Shown: positions 9,695 to 23,227, numbered from the stretch's first letter. The stretch: 64,000 bases of DNA from Minisyncoccota bacterium (GCA_046350775.1 JAXLZS010000001.1:22353-86352), one strand, 5' to 3'. The notes: generated by a model from the letters alone, not told the origin. A program made the numbers and translations.

Positions 9695-12220
9695 TTATTC
9701 TGGTTTATTATTTTGCTCCATTTCTGAGAGTTCTTGTTCTAATTTTTCTACTTCACTTTTAGTTTCTTTACCAAAAAGTACTTCGCGGTGGCGACCACTT
9801 GTAGCTGGACCGATGATGCCATACATCTCAAGATCATTTATGATGCGAGCAGATTTATTGTATCCCCAGCGGAAAGCTGTCTGGAGGGCACTGGTAGAAG
9901 CTTTTCCTGTAGATATGACATAATCACGAGCCGACATATAGTCTTCATCATCAGTTGGCTCCTCAGTACTACTTCTACCTCCACCGTCTTGCATCTCTTT
10001 GTAGCCACTTGTAGGTGAAGATGATATTTTGATCTTATCAATATTTATATTGTCAGGGATAAAGTCGTTATACTTTCTTTTGACATCATTTATGACGCCC
10101 ACTATCTCTTCGCTTGAGACAAAAGGAGCTTGTACACGAGTGATGGTAGATCCATTCATGTATAACATGTCTCCATTTCCCAATAAATCTTCTGCTCCAG
10201 CTTGATCAAGAATTGTGCGTGAGTCAATCTGCGAGGTGGTCTTGAGGGCGATACGTGAAGGTATGTTGGCTTTGATGGTACCAGTGATAACTTTTACGTC
10301 AGGGCGTTGAGTAGTCAGGATAAGATGTATACCGGCAGCACGAGCTTTTTGAGTGAGAGAGGTGATGACAGGAGTGATTTCTTTTGGATAGGTGAGCATG
10401 AAGTCATTAAACTCATCAAAGACTATGATGATAAATGGCATCTTTGGAGGTAAGTCTCTCACTATATCCCCTTCTTTATATTTCTTTTTTGCTTTCTCAA
10501 GTGCTGGGCCAAATATTTTTTTATTATAATCGGTGATATTTGGTACACCATATTCACCAAGGACGTCGTAGCGACGGTCCATTTCTTGAGCTGCCCAATT
10601 AAGGGACTTGATGGCGGTCTTTGCATCCTTGATAATAGGAGTGTATAGATGTGGTAATGAATTGTAAGCGGTGAATTCCACTCTCTTTGGGTCAAGAATA
10701 ATCAATTTGAGATCATATGGTGAATTTTTATAAAGCAAAGAAAGGATAAGATTGTGCAGAGTGACAGATTTTCCTGTACCTGTAGCTCCAGCTACCAAAA
10801 GATGTGGCATCTTGGATAGATCTGATATGACAGGTCTTCCAATAATATTTTTACCGATTGCAAGAGAGAGACTTGGTCCATCTTTAAACTCTGGCAATTC
10901 TAGTAGACTTCGGAGGCCGAGCATGGATTTCTTTTCATTTGGTATCTCAATACCAACGAAGGGCTTTCCTGGGATAGGTGCCTCTATGTGCATATTTGTA
11001 GCCGAGAGAGCCATTTGCAGATTGTCTTTCAATCCTAAAATCTTTTTAACATTTACTCCTTGGGCCGGCTTTAGAGTAAATTGTGTGACAGATGGCCCAA
11101 CTGTGACCTCTCCCATTTCTACTGGTATAGCAAATTGGTCTAGTACTTTTTGTATGACATTCATTTTAAATTTAGAATCACCAGCCGAAGACTTTCCAGA
11201 GTCACTATTTAATATATTGATATCAGGAGAGATAAATTCTCCATCAAGTATTATTGGTTTGCTTTCCTCTTTTATACTTTTCTGTCTCTCTTCTTCTGGT
11301 TTAGATTTCGCTTTTTCTAGCTCACTTTCTTCTATCTTTTCTGTGTCTGCGGTCGAGACGTTTAATATTTTTCTATTTAGATTTTCTTCAGCTTCTAGAT
11401 TTTCATTTTTTATGAGAGTACCCATCAGCTCTCTGTGAAGATTACTCTCAGGTAGATCTACATCTTTATTTATATTTTCTGGTATTGGCAGAATAACTTT
11501 TTCTTTCTTCTTAAATAAAGAGGCAGCAGCTCTCGATATCTTTAGAGATACCCACTTAATGAATAGGAAAATATTTTTAAAAATAATTTTTAAGATTCTC
11601 CAGCTTTCTGAGAAAATATTTCTTGATATTTTTTTAGGCTCTTCTGTTTTTTCAAAAGCGAGCTCACCAGACTCTCTTGTGATATTTTTTGTTGTTTCTT
11701 CTTTTAGAGACATAAATTTTGGTCTGTCTTCGTACAAGAATATAAACGCGATAAATCCTATAGCTAGAGATACTATAGAAGGCAATACATTACCAAAATT
11801 TTTTTTCAAAAATTCAAAGAGATATTCTCCGACCGCTCCACCAGCTGGGATGTGAAGAGAAGAAGAGAGTGTGGTCGCTGAAAAGACAAGTAAGAGAGAA
11901 GACAATACAGAGATGAGGGTAAAGCTTTTTTTCTTGTCGGTCCAAAGATAGTAGCCAAACAAAAAGAAAATTGTAAACAATAAATAAGAGCTCCAACCAA
12001 AGACTATATAGATGAGATGGAAAATATAGTTGCCGACTGCTCCGCCAGACTTTAAAGATGAGACTATTAAAAATGTGCCAATTAGAAATAGAATCACAGA
12101 GATCATACTATCGCGCATCGCGTTTTTCTTTTCATTTTTATGGACTATGACAGGCGAGTCTTTTTTATCTGACTGACTTTTGTATTTATTTTCGTATTTG
12201 TTTTCTTTGTATCTTGCCAT
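9695..12220 (-). CDS. ftsK: DNA translocase FtsK
   Basis: N-terminal multi-TM region, long linker, C-terminal motor with Walker A GATGTGKS, Walker B IIVFDEF, and a gamma wHTH (SARDYVISTGKASTSALQTAFRWGYNKSARIINDLEMYGIIG). Confidence 0.9.
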   Translation of the reverse strand: MARYKENKYENKYKSQSDKKDSPVIVHKNEKKNAMRDSMISVILFLIGTFLIVSSLKSGGAVGNYIFHLIYIVFGWSSYLLFTIFFLFGYYLWTDKKKSFTLISVLSSLLLVFSATTLSSSLHIPAGGAVGEYLFEFLKKNFGNVLPSIVSLAIGFIAFIFLYEDRPKFMSLKEETTKNITRESGELAFEKTEEPKKISRNIFSESWRILKIIFKNIFLFIKWVSLKISRAAASLFKKKEKVILPIPENINKDVDLPESNLHRELMGTLIKNENLEAEENLNRKILNVSTADTEKIEESELEKAKSKPEEERQKSIKEESKPIILDGEFISPDINILNSDSGKSSAGDSKFKMNVIQKVLDQFAIPVEMGEVTVGPSVTQFTLKPAQGVNVKKILGLKDNLQMALSATNMHIEAPIPGKPFVGIEIPNEKKSMLGLRSLLELPEFKDGPSLSLAIGKNIIGRPVISDLSKMPHLLVAGATGTGKSVTLHNLILSLLYKNSPYDLKLIILDPKRVEFTAYNSLPHLYTPIIKDAKTAIKSLNWAAQEMDRRYDVLGEYGVPNITDYNKKIFGPALEKAKKKYKEGDIVRDLPPKMPFIIIVFDEFNDFMLTYPKEITPVITSLTQKARAAGIHLILTTQRPDVKVITGTIKANIPSRIALKTTSQIDSRTILDQAGAEDLLGNGDMLYMNGSTITRVQAPFVSSEEIVGVINDVKRKYNDFIPDNINIDKIKISSSPTSGYKEMQDGGGRSSTEEPTDDEDYMSARDYVISTGKASTSALQTAFRWGYNKSARIINDLEMYGIIGPATSGRHREVLFGKETKSEVEKLEQELSEMEQNNKPE

Positions 12221-12337
12221 AAATTAATAATTAATAATATCCTAGTAATATGATCACTCTCGATGAGGCTATTATAGCACGCAGCGTCTGTGGAAAACTT
12301 TTTAGAATAAATGAAAAGGAGAATAAGTAGAAAAGAT

Positions 12338-12502
12338 TATAAAGGACAATATCTAAAGGACATATTAAAAATAAGCAAATATAATAAAAGACATATTAAA
12401 ATCATTTGTCTTTTTAATATCAAAAAGAGTTTTTTATAAAGGACGTATACATTTCTATTTGAGTATAAGAAATTTAAAATTTATATATATAAAAGACATT
12501 TT
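12338..12502. repeat. Array of iteron-like WTAAARGACAWWT motifs upstream of (and reused inside) the 12607..13533 gene
   Basis: Direct copies at 12338-12350 (tataaaggacaat), 12355-12370, 12386-12401, 12436-12448 and 12488-12502; inverted copy tgtctttttaa at 12407-12417. A further copy spans the start codon (12607-12626), and three copies lie at 13241-13285 inside the gene, including the identical 13-mer tataaaggacaat at 13254-13266. Confidence 0.45.
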
Positions 12503-12606
12503 AAAAAATAATAAATTTCAATCTTGTCTAGTTCTTGCTATTTTTTAAAAAAAGTTATAGTATCAAGCTAAAAGTGAGAAGGGAAAAAATAATTTAAAAA
12601 ATTACT

Positions 12607-13533
12607 ATGGATAAAAGACAGGTAAATGATAAAGAAAATTATAATCTACTCATAGCAAAAAAGACAGAAAAAATTGTCACCGCTATTTATCTCATCTCTC
12701 AATTTCTCTCTCGCGAAGAAAATCTAAAACACGATCTCAGAAAGTCCGCCAATGATCTTTTAAAAAATATCAACAGTATCGCCTACACTGATCTCAATCA
12801 AGATGATACAAAAAATCTTTTTGTCATTTATAAACTCTGTCTTGATAATGTCTCACTCATCATCTCATATCTATTTGTAGCTCGCGATGCAAATCTCATT
12901 TCCAGAATGAATGCTGACATAGTGATAGAGGGGCTACGTGTACTAGAAAATATTTTAATCAAAAAACAATTTAATTTCTCTAGGGAAAGTATTTTAATTA
13001 CAGAAGAAGTTTCTCTTTTAAATTTTAATAATTTTGAGTCAGATAAAAATAATCTAAATACATCTTTTGATGTGCTGACAGAGAGAAATGTCGTGATAAA
13101 TGAAAAGATTGAAAAAAATAAAAATAATAGTTTTGAAAAAATAAAAGAAATAGAAAATCTAAAAGAAGAGAATGAGAAAGAAATATTTTCTCCTGAAATT
13201 AAAATCTTAGAAAACAACCCAAAATCAAAAGCGGATTTTTATAAAGGACAAAATATAAAGGACAATACTTATAAAAGACAAAGTATTCAAAATAAGGAGG
13301 AAAATAAAGTCGGAAAAGAAAAATCTCTAAAGACTATCAATAGAAAGAATAATAGAAAAGAGCAAATTATATCTTTATTTACAAAAGGTGTAGAAGTTTC
13401 TATAAATGATATAGCTAAAAAGGTAGTCGGTTGCTCAACTAAAACTCTCCAAAGAGAGCTAAATAATCTGGTCCAAGAAAAGAAAATTCAAAGAATTGGT
13501 GATAAAAGATGGAGTAAATATACTTTGGTCTAG
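12607..13533 (+). CDS. Hypothetical Lys/Asn/Glu-rich protein with C-terminal winged-helix DNA-binding domain
   Basis: The C-terminal 55 aa (ISLFTKGVEVSINDIAKKVVGCSTKTLQRELNNLVQEKKIQRIGDKRWSKYTLV) look like a DeoR/MarR-like wHTH; the central region is low-complexity KEN-rich; the N-terminal 130 aa are unassigned. Confidence 0.55.
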   Translation: MDKRQVNDKENYNLLIAKKTEKIVTAIYLISQFLSREENLKHDLRKSANDLLKNINSIAYTDLNQDDTKNLFVIYKLCLDNVSLIISYLFVARDANLISRMNADIVIEGLRVLENILIKKQFNFSRESILITEEVSLLNFNNFESDKNNLNTSFDVLTERNVVINEKIEKNKNNSFEKIKEIENLKEENEKEIFSPEIKILENNPKSKADFYKGQNIKDNTYKRQSIQNKEENKVGKEKSLKTINRKNNRKEQIISLFTKGVEVSINDIAKKVVGCSTKTLQRELNNLVQEKKIQRIGDKRWSKYTLV

Positions 13534-13980
13534 ATTATAAGCTGAATATATAGTCTTTTATACTGAATTAACATAAGAATAGAAATGTTAAGAAATGTTA
13601 ATTTTAATTTGCATATTTTTGAAATAGTCTTTTGTTTATGGTATATTTGTGATAGACGACCTGTTTCTCTGGTGAGGGCGTCCTCTGGTATTTGAGATAC
13701 AATTATAAGTAATTATAGGTATCACAAAAGATCGGATTGATCGTTGGCAATAGAATATAGGCACAGATTAGAAAAAAATTATTAAATTATTAGTAGTTAA
13801 TGTTAACCCTAATAAGTGTTTATCTTCAATCGTACTTTTTTATTTTTACGAAGTGAAAAAGTTAAAACATCGATTGATCTCATCAAAAGTAAATAAAATA
13901 TTTGACTTGTCGAAGTCATACAAGAATATTTTATCTACTCGATCTCTATAAGATCAAATTATAAATTTAGTAAAATTTTT

Positions 13981-16900
13981 ATGAATTTAAAATTAAAGAA
14001 AGTAGCTATCGCTACTATCTCAGCAGGATTCGTAGCAGGTGCTGTTATGGCATCAGCTCAATCTGCATCAACATGCTTCCAATTCACACAGAATATGAAG
14101 CTTGGTAGTTCAGGAGCGCAAGTTCTACAACTACAAAAGACCCTCAATGCAGCTGGTTATACTATTTCTACATCAGGAGTAGGATCAGCAGGCATGGAAA
14201 CAACTTACTTTGGTGCTAAAACCAAAGCAGCTGTCATCAAGTATCAAGCAGCAAACAATATCATTCAAACTGGTAATGTTTTTGCTTTAACTAGAGCAGC
14301 TTTAAACGCAAACTGTACAGCTACTACTCCTACAACACCTGGAAATACAACAACTTCAGGTGCAGTATCAGTAGCTTTAGCTTCTGTACAACCTAATAAT
14401 GTATTAGTAGCAGGTTCAGTAAATGCAGCACTAGCTAACCTTTCATTCAACGGAAATGGTACAGTTTCTAGTGTTAAATTACAAAGACTTGGAGTATCAA
14501 ATAGTGATACATTAACAAATGTATATCTATACGATACAGCTTCAGGAGCTAGATTAACTGATGGTGCTTCAGTCCTAACAGACGGAACAGTATCATTTAA
14601 TAATGGATATGGTCTATTCACAGTTTCTGGATCAAAAGGAATCACTGTAAGAGCTGACATTGCTACATCAAGTAATGGATACTCAACATCAGGACAATCA
14701 GTCGGATTTGCTTTAGTTGGTTATACAACTGTAGGAAACCCAGCAGCTGTTGTATCTGGAGTTAATGGTCCTGCTCTTCCTATCGGATCTGCATCTGTCG
14801 TTTCTGCAAACATCACTGCAACATCATCTGTTGCTTCACAAGTTGATGCTGGAAGACAGAATGTAGTATTCTGGTCAGGAACAGTAAATACAACAAAAGA
14901 TTCTTACATGTCAGGCGCTCTATTCTCATTCACAGGCTCAGCTCCTTACTCAGTATTTGCTAATGTAAAGCTATACGTAGATGGAGTACAAGTTGGTAAT
15001 GCAGGAATGATCGACGCAAACGGCAAATTATCATTTGCTGGTTCTAATTTCATTAAGGCTGGAAATCATGACATCTCACTACGTGGTGATGTTGTAGGTG
15101 GAGCTGGAAGAAATTACTATGTAAGACTTGAAAACTCAGGACTAAGTTTTGAGGATGCAAACATTAGAGGTGTATACGGTGCTATAACAACATTTGGAGT
15201 TAATTTCTCTACAAGTCTTGTACAAACAGGTACTGTAACAATCAACTCATGTTCTTCAACAAACTGTGCTGTCTTCACTTCTGATTCATCTTTCAGTGGT
15301 GTTAAGGTAGTATCTGGTGCTACACAACAAACTATCGGTAAATTCACTCTTAAAGCTATTGGTGAAACTCTAAAGCTTGACAGTGGAAACTTGAAAGTTA
15401 CTGGTGCTACAAACACTGGTGATATCAGAAATGTATCTGTATGGGTAGATGGAGTACAAGTTGTATCAGGAAAAACTGCTTCTTTAGCAGGATCTGATGT
15501 TTCAATTTCAAACTTCAGTGGTGCTATGGTTCAAATGGGTGCAACAGCAAACATTGAAATCAAAGCAGATATTTCATCATCAACAGGTATCGCTCTTGGA
15601 TCAAATACTTTAACAGCTGGATTAAACTTCACAGCTATTGGACAAGATTCAAGAAACTCAACTCCATTCTCTTATGTAACAAGTAATTCAGTATCAGTTG
15701 GAACTTTGAATGCTTCATTTGTAAACAATTCAAACTTCACTGGTTCAAAGATTTCTGGAACACAAAACAATGTTAAAGTTGGTTCTTACACACTATCAAC
15801 AGGAAATGAAGGTGTAACTCTAAATACAATTGCAGTTACATTGACTCCTGGAGGTTCTGCTGATATGTCAAGATTCAGTAACTTTAGATTGATGGATGGT
15901 TCTACACAACTATACAGCCAATCTAATCTTGGATCTGGTACTTCAGCTCAAGTTGTAACAGCTTCTGTTTATGTACAAATCCCAGCTAATACTACAAAAA
16001 CATATGATGTCTTTGTAGATGCTAATAATGCATCAGCAGGAAATACCCTTACTTCATCATCAACAGCTTCTTACCAAGGAGCTATCAGCCTAACAACAGC
16101 TACTCCTTCAGCAGGTTCAGCAGTTACTACAACTGTTGCAGCTTCTGGATTAGCAAGTATTGTTAAGGGCGCTAATGCTTTAACAGCTAGATATGTAACA
16201 GGTGGATCTGTAAACAATGCTGGTCTATTTACACTAGTAGCAACAGGAACAACATTGAATGTTACAAAGATTCAAGCTGTAGTATCAAATGCATCAGCTG
16301 TTTCTGGAATGACAATCGCTGGTGTTACTGCACAACCTAAGAATAATGGAGTATACTCAGTTGATGTTAATCTTCCAGTTACAACTATTGGTACAGACGT
16401 TCCAGTATCAGTAACATTTAACACAGCTAATAGAGATACAAACTCATTATCTGGAGCTACAACAACAGTATCATTGTCATACATCTATGGTACTGCTGGA
16501 GCAACAACAGTTATTGTTGGTACAGAGGACGCTACATCTACTGCTTCTACAACAGCTTTAGGTGCAGCAACTTCATCAACATTTACACTTGTTGGAGCTT
16601 TACCTACAGTTAAGCTAACTTCTGTTGATAGATCTTACACTCAATCAACAGCTACAAGTACTTACAACAATATCAAGATTGGATCTGTAACAATTACTCC
16701 TTCAGCAGGAGGAACAGTTGCTGTATCACAAATCCCAGTATCATTTACTTCATCAATAGTAACTTCAGCTAGATTAGTACATGCAGGAGATGCTGATACA
16801 TCAAATCCAGTATCATCAAATGCATTATCAACTAGTGGAAACTTTGCTTTGACTTCAGGAAACATCAGTTCACCTGTAACTTATGATATCTTGGCAACTA

Positions 16901-17052
16901 TTGTTGTACCAGCAAATACAAACAGTACAACTGTTTCTAACTCAACATCTTTAGGATCTTCTTCAAACTTCCTATGGGATGATGTGACAGGAAGTGTTGC
17001 AGTAGACAACTACACAGCAGCTCTTCTAGTTGGTGGATATACAAGTAACTAA
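13981..17052 (+). CDS. Large surface (S-layer-like) protein with N-terminal peptidoglycan-binding domain
   Basis: Signal peptide (MNLKLKKVAIATISAGFVAGAVMASA). Residues about 30-110 match the PG_binding_1 pattern (GSSGAQVLQLQKTLNAAGY...TYFGAKTKAAVIKYQAANNI). The remaining roughly 900 aa are Thr/Ser/Gly/Val/Asn-rich, beta-rich and nearly charge-free. GC and codon usage are visibly higher than in neighbouring genes, with a long AT-rich 5' leader; this fits a very highly expressed gene. Confidence 0.65.
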   Translation: MNLKLKKVAIATISAGFVAGAVMASAQSASTCFQFTQNMKLGSSGAQVLQLQKTLNAAGYTISTSGVGSAGMETTYFGAKTKAAVIKYQAANNIIQTGNVFALTRAALNANCTATTPTTPGNTTTSGAVSVALASVQPNNVLVAGSVNAALANLSFNGNGTVSSVKLQRLGVSNSDTLTNVYLYDTASGARLTDGASVLTDGTVSFNNGYGLFTVSGSKGITVRADIATSSNGYSTSGQSVGFALVGYTTVGNPAAVVSGVNGPALPIGSASVVSANITATSSVASQVDAGRQNVVFWSGTVNTTKDSYMSGALFSFTGSAPYSVFANVKLYVDGVQVGNAGMIDANGKLSFAGSNFIKAGNHDISLRGDVVGGAGRNYYVRLENSGLSFEDANIRGVYGAITTFGVNFSTSLVQTGTVTINSCSSTNCAVFTSDSSFSGVKVVSGATQQTIGKFTLKAIGETLKLDSGNLKVTGATNTGDIRNVSVWVDGVQVVSGKTASLAGSDVSISNFSGAMVQMGATANIEIKADISSSTGIALGSNTLTAGLNFTAIGQDSRNSTPFSYVTSNSVSVGTLNASFVNNSNFTGSKISGTQNNVKVGSYTLSTGNEGVTLNTIAVTLTPGGSADMSRFSNFRLMDGSTQLYSQSNLGSGTSAQVVTASVYVQIPANTTKTYDVFVDANNASAGNTLTSSSTASYQGAISLTTATPSAGSAVTTTVAASGLASIVKGANALTARYVTGGSVNNAGLFTLVATGTTLNVTKIQAVVSNASAVSGMTIAGVTAQPKNNGVYSVDVNLPVTTIGTDVPVSVTFNTANRDTNSLSGATTTVSLSYIYGTAGATTVIVGTEDATSTASTTALGAATSSTFTLVGALPTVKLTSVDRSYTQSTATSTYNNIKIGSVTITPSAGGTVAVSQIPVSFTSSIVTSARLVHAGDADTSNPVSSNALSTSGNFALTSGNISSPVTYDILATIVVPANTNSTTVSNSTSLGSSSNFLWDDVTGSVAVDNYTAALLVGGYTSN

Positions 17053-17233
17053 TTTGTGTCATATTCTGACAATATTTTAAAGGAGAATATCTTTTAAAAT
17101 ATTCGGTGGGAGAGATGATTAATTCATCTAGAACACAGAAAATTAAGTAGACAAAAACCCTCGAAAGAGGGTTTTTGTTTTGTCTAAAAATTTCATGATA
17201 AAATATTTCTATTAATACGACACTTAAAACACA

Positions 17234-17779
17234 ATGACAAAAATATTTATTGGAGTTGATGAGAGTTATGATACAAAAATTGGGGGGATTTTTGTAATGT
17301 GTTTTTTAATTATTAAAAATGAAAAAGATTTAACATACATTTCTTCATATATAGAAAAGATTTTAAATACTAAAAATATAAAAGAGTTTAAAAATAAAAA
17401 AATCCCAAATAATATTAAAAAAGAATTTTTCTCTAAATTTAATAAAATAGATTTTATTGCATTATTTCATAAAGAAATAATTTATGACAATAAAGACGTG
17501 ACAAAATCATATTATAAAAATGGATTGAAATTGTTTTCTGAATATGTAATACAAAATATAAAAGACTTTAATTTAGATATTAAAATAGACAAAATAGAAG
17601 GTCAGAAATTACAGCAAGGCTCGATATTGTATCTAAATAGCATATTTAAAGAGGCAAAAATAAAGCATAATGTAAAATATGTAAGATCAGAAAGTTCAAC
17701 AATAATACAGTGCGCTGATATTTTTGCTGGAGAATATCGGAAAAATCATAAATTAGGAAAAAATAAATACCTTTTATAA
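17234..17779 (+). CDS. Hypothetical protein, DUF3800-like
   Basis: N-terminal IFIGVDESYD and C-terminal IIQCADIFAGEY resemble the two DUF3800 signature regions (DESG ... Q.AD..AG). Match recalled from memory, not computed. Confidence 0.4.
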   Translation: MTKIFIGVDESYDTKIGGIFVMCFLIIKNEKDLTYISSYIEKILNTKNIKEFKNKKIPNNIKKEFFSKFNKIDFIALFHKEIIYDNKDVTKSYYKNGLKLFSEYVIQNIKDFNLDIKIDKIEGQKLQQGSILYLNSIFKEAKIKHNVKYVRSESSTIIQCADIFAGEYRKNHKLGKNKYLL

Positions 17780-18334
17780 AAGGTATTTATCCAGTACAAG
17801 TTCAGTATTTCTTGCGAACAGGTAGCCAATCAGCTACTTTTCCATCCCTCCTGTCGGTATCTGTAGTATATAATTTTTTAATTAAAAAAGTCAAATACTT
17901 TTTCCACAGATCTTAACATGGCTAAAAAGTCTTATAAAACTAGCTTTTTATTCTAAACGGTAAAGAATGAGAAGATAATTATCTTTTTACTAGAATTTGC
18001 TTGCATTTTTTTTTCGGCTATGATAAGATACTAAAACCTAAATATGTTAAATAAAAATCAATTGAAAAGCAGCTAAATCAGAAGTGTTCTGTTCTAGCCG
18101 CTTTTAAAAAAGCGGTTTTATTTTTCAAAAATATTTAGTCTCGTAATTTGTAAACAGAATCCCATAGCATAGTCAATTTAGTGTCCCAAACATTTGGGGT
18201 CTTTTCAGACGATGTATATGGATGTGAAAATAAAGGTAAAAATATACTGTAAATCACTCATTTAAGTAAAATTAAGTGAGTCAAAAAATAAAAATAAAAT
18301 ATTTTCAGGCAGCGGTGCCGTAGAAAATATAAAT

Positions 18335-21614
<3,280 letters not shown>

Positions 21615-21895
21615 ATTGATTTTTATTTCAGATTTTTATTTTATTGTTCACATCCTGTTTACTTCTGAATTCTAGAAATTATTTTTTTGAGTTAGTTTTT
21701 AATTAATTTATTAACTTAATTTTTAGAATTCAGGAGTGAACTACACCACGGTCTGACTTAAGATTATTGTTTGGGAGTTGGAGATATATTTCTTTCAAAT
21801 CTATATCTGCAACTCACTGAAGAGTGAAGTATTAATAATTCTTTTGTCAGCCGTGACCTAATTATGTTATGCAGGATTCTAACTCAAAATATTGT

Positions 21896-21971
21896 GGTGA
21901 GATAGCTCAGTTGGTTAGAGCATCAGTATTGCATACTGAGGGTCACTGGTTCGAGCCCAGTTCTCTCCGCA
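21896..21971 (+). tRNA. tRNA-Ala (anticodon UGC)
   Basis: Cloverleaf: acceptor ggtgaga/tctctcc, D-arm gctc-agttggtta-gagc, anticodon arm tcagt-attgcat-actga (UGC at 34-36, U33, A37), T-arm actgg-ttcgagc-ccagt. Position 3:70 is U:U rather than the canonical Ala G3:U70; no CCA encoded. Confidence 0.8.
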
Positions 21972-21986
21972 ATATATTTTGAGTAT

Positions 21987-22101
21987 TCTGTTCTCCCGAT
22001 TCAGATGAAGGGTAACACACCATCTCATTTCGAACTGGATCGTGAAGACTTCACTCAGCGATGGTAGCTTTCGAGCAAGAGTAGTTTTTCGGGAGAACAG
22101 A
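21987..22101 (+). rRNA. rrf: 5S ribosomal RNA
   Basis: Helix I: tctgttctcccga pairs with tcgggagaacaga. Conserved loop C/E segments ccatctcatttcgaactggatcgtgaagacttcactcagcgatggtag and agagtag. Length about 115 nt. Confidence 0.85.
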
Positions 22102-22146
22102 GTACTTAAAAACATTAAATTCAAATTATTACCCCTATGTGCTCAG

Positions 22147-22169
22147 GTCTGCTTTACGCAGACTTTTTT
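22147..22169 (+). terminator. Intrinsic terminator after 5S rRNA
   Basis: gtctgctttacgcagac followed by ttttttc. Confidence 0.55.
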
Positions 22170-22184
22170 CTTATATAAATATGC

Positions 22185-22212
22185 TTGACATAATATATTA
22201 TAGTGATATACT
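22185..22212 (+). promoter_or_regulatory. Sigma70-like promoter
   Basis: TTGACA (22185-22190), 16-17-nt spacer, TATACT (22207-22212); about 75 nt upstream of the 22288 ORF. Confidence 0.35.
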
Positions 22213-22287
22213 ATATATAGTAGACTATATAAGTAAGTAGTCGATTTTGGAAATAGAAATAAATTTTTGTAAATCTAAATTTTTTTT

Positions 22288-22524
22288 ATGGAAATAGAAG
22301 TTGGTAAATATGCAGAAATGTTGCCACTTCTAAAAAAGATTTTAGATGAGCAACAAAAAATTGAAGAGGGTAAGATAGATGAAGCTTGTCTTAAAAAAGG
22401 AGTCTATGACAAGAAGACGGCAAAGACCATAAAAAATGCTTTGCGTAAAAAGGGACGTATTGTCCGAGAATATCACTGTGAGATTTGCAATTTTTGGCAT
22501 TTGACTCACAAAGAAAAATATTAA
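22288..22524 (+). CDS. Hypothetical small protein with C-terminal His/Cys cluster (possible zinc-binding)
   Basis: 78 aa; C-terminus REYHCEICNFWHLTHKEKY (H-C-x2-C-x3-H-x3-H); followed by a strong hairpin terminator (aaagctttagcaattaattgctaaagcttt, 22527-22556). Confidence 0.45.
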   Translation: MEIEVGKYAEMLPLLKKILDEQQKIEEGKIDEACLKKGVYDKKTAKTIKNALRKKGRIVREYHCEICNFWHLTHKEKY

Positions 22525-22559
22525 AGCTTTAGCAATTAATTGCTAAAGCTTTTTCTTTT

Positions 22560-22741
22560 GCAAAAGATTATTTTATGTGGTATATTATGAGAGTAAACCA
22601 AAGAAGTGAGCGGATCAAAAAAGTCCTTAAAATACAAGCTCGCGGAGGTCGAACTATACGCTTTAAGCGCAGTGTTTACCTTAAATTCTCAATCAAAACT
22701 TTGGTCTGGGAATTTTTGTTTATTAAAAAATAAAATCAATT
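22560..22741 (+). promoter_or_regulatory. Candidate rplJ (L10) leader / autoregulatory 5' UTR
   Basis: A 180-nt structured untranslated leader directly upstream of rplJ (gagcggatcaaaaaagtcc ... gctcgcggaggtcgaactatacgctttaagcgcagtg); the position matches L10-leader autoregulation elements. Structure not verified. Confidence 0.3.
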
Positions 22742-23227
22742 ATGGCATTAAGTAAAAATAAAAAATCTGAATTAATAGAAAAATATTCTAATATTTTAGA
22801 TAACGCAAAGACTTTTGTTTATGTAAATTTCAAAGGTTTGACCGTAAAAGATACAGAAGCTTTAAGAAAAAAGCTTTATGCAGAAAATATTTCTTACAAT
22901 GTGGTAAAAAAGACTCTCTGGAATAGAGCTGTTGATACTAAAAAATTATCTGGAGAAAAACCAGAAGTAGGAGTAGAAATGGCCGTCATTGCAGGAGAAG
23001 ATTTACTTGCTCCAGCAAGAATAGCTAATGATTTTTCAAAAGAACACAAAGGACTATTCTCAATAATCGGAGGAATCTTCGATGGAGTATTTAAAGATGA
23101 AAAATCAATGATGGAGATTGCTACAATCCCAGCAAGAGAAGTTCTTCTTTCACAATTGGCTTTCTTATTAAAATCTCCAATGCAAAGATTGGCGATTGGT
23201 ATAAATGAAGTAGCTAAAAAGAAATAA
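22742..23227 (+). CDS. rplJ: 50S ribosomal protein L10
   Basis: 161 aa; conserved L10 pattern (TFVYVNFKGLTVKDTEALRKKL...NVVKKTL) and gene order before rplL. Confidence 0.9.
   Translation: MALSKNKKSELIEKYSNILDNAKTFVYVNFKGLTVKDTEALRKKLYAENISYNVVKKTLWNRAVDTKKLSGEKPEVGVEMAVIAGEDLLAPARIANDFSKEHKGLFSIIGGIFDGVFKDEKSMMEIATIPAREVLLSQLAFLLKSPMQRLAIGINEVAKKK

Noticed and set aside
10752-11438. ORF 10752..11438 (+) and other ORFs inside ftsK (9788..10018, 10462..10695, 11559..11855, 11806..12000)
   Set aside because: Embedded in or antisense to the well-supported ftsK frame.
21915-22124. ORF 21915..22124 (minus strand)
   Set aside because: Overlaps tRNA-Ala and 5S rRNA; artefact.
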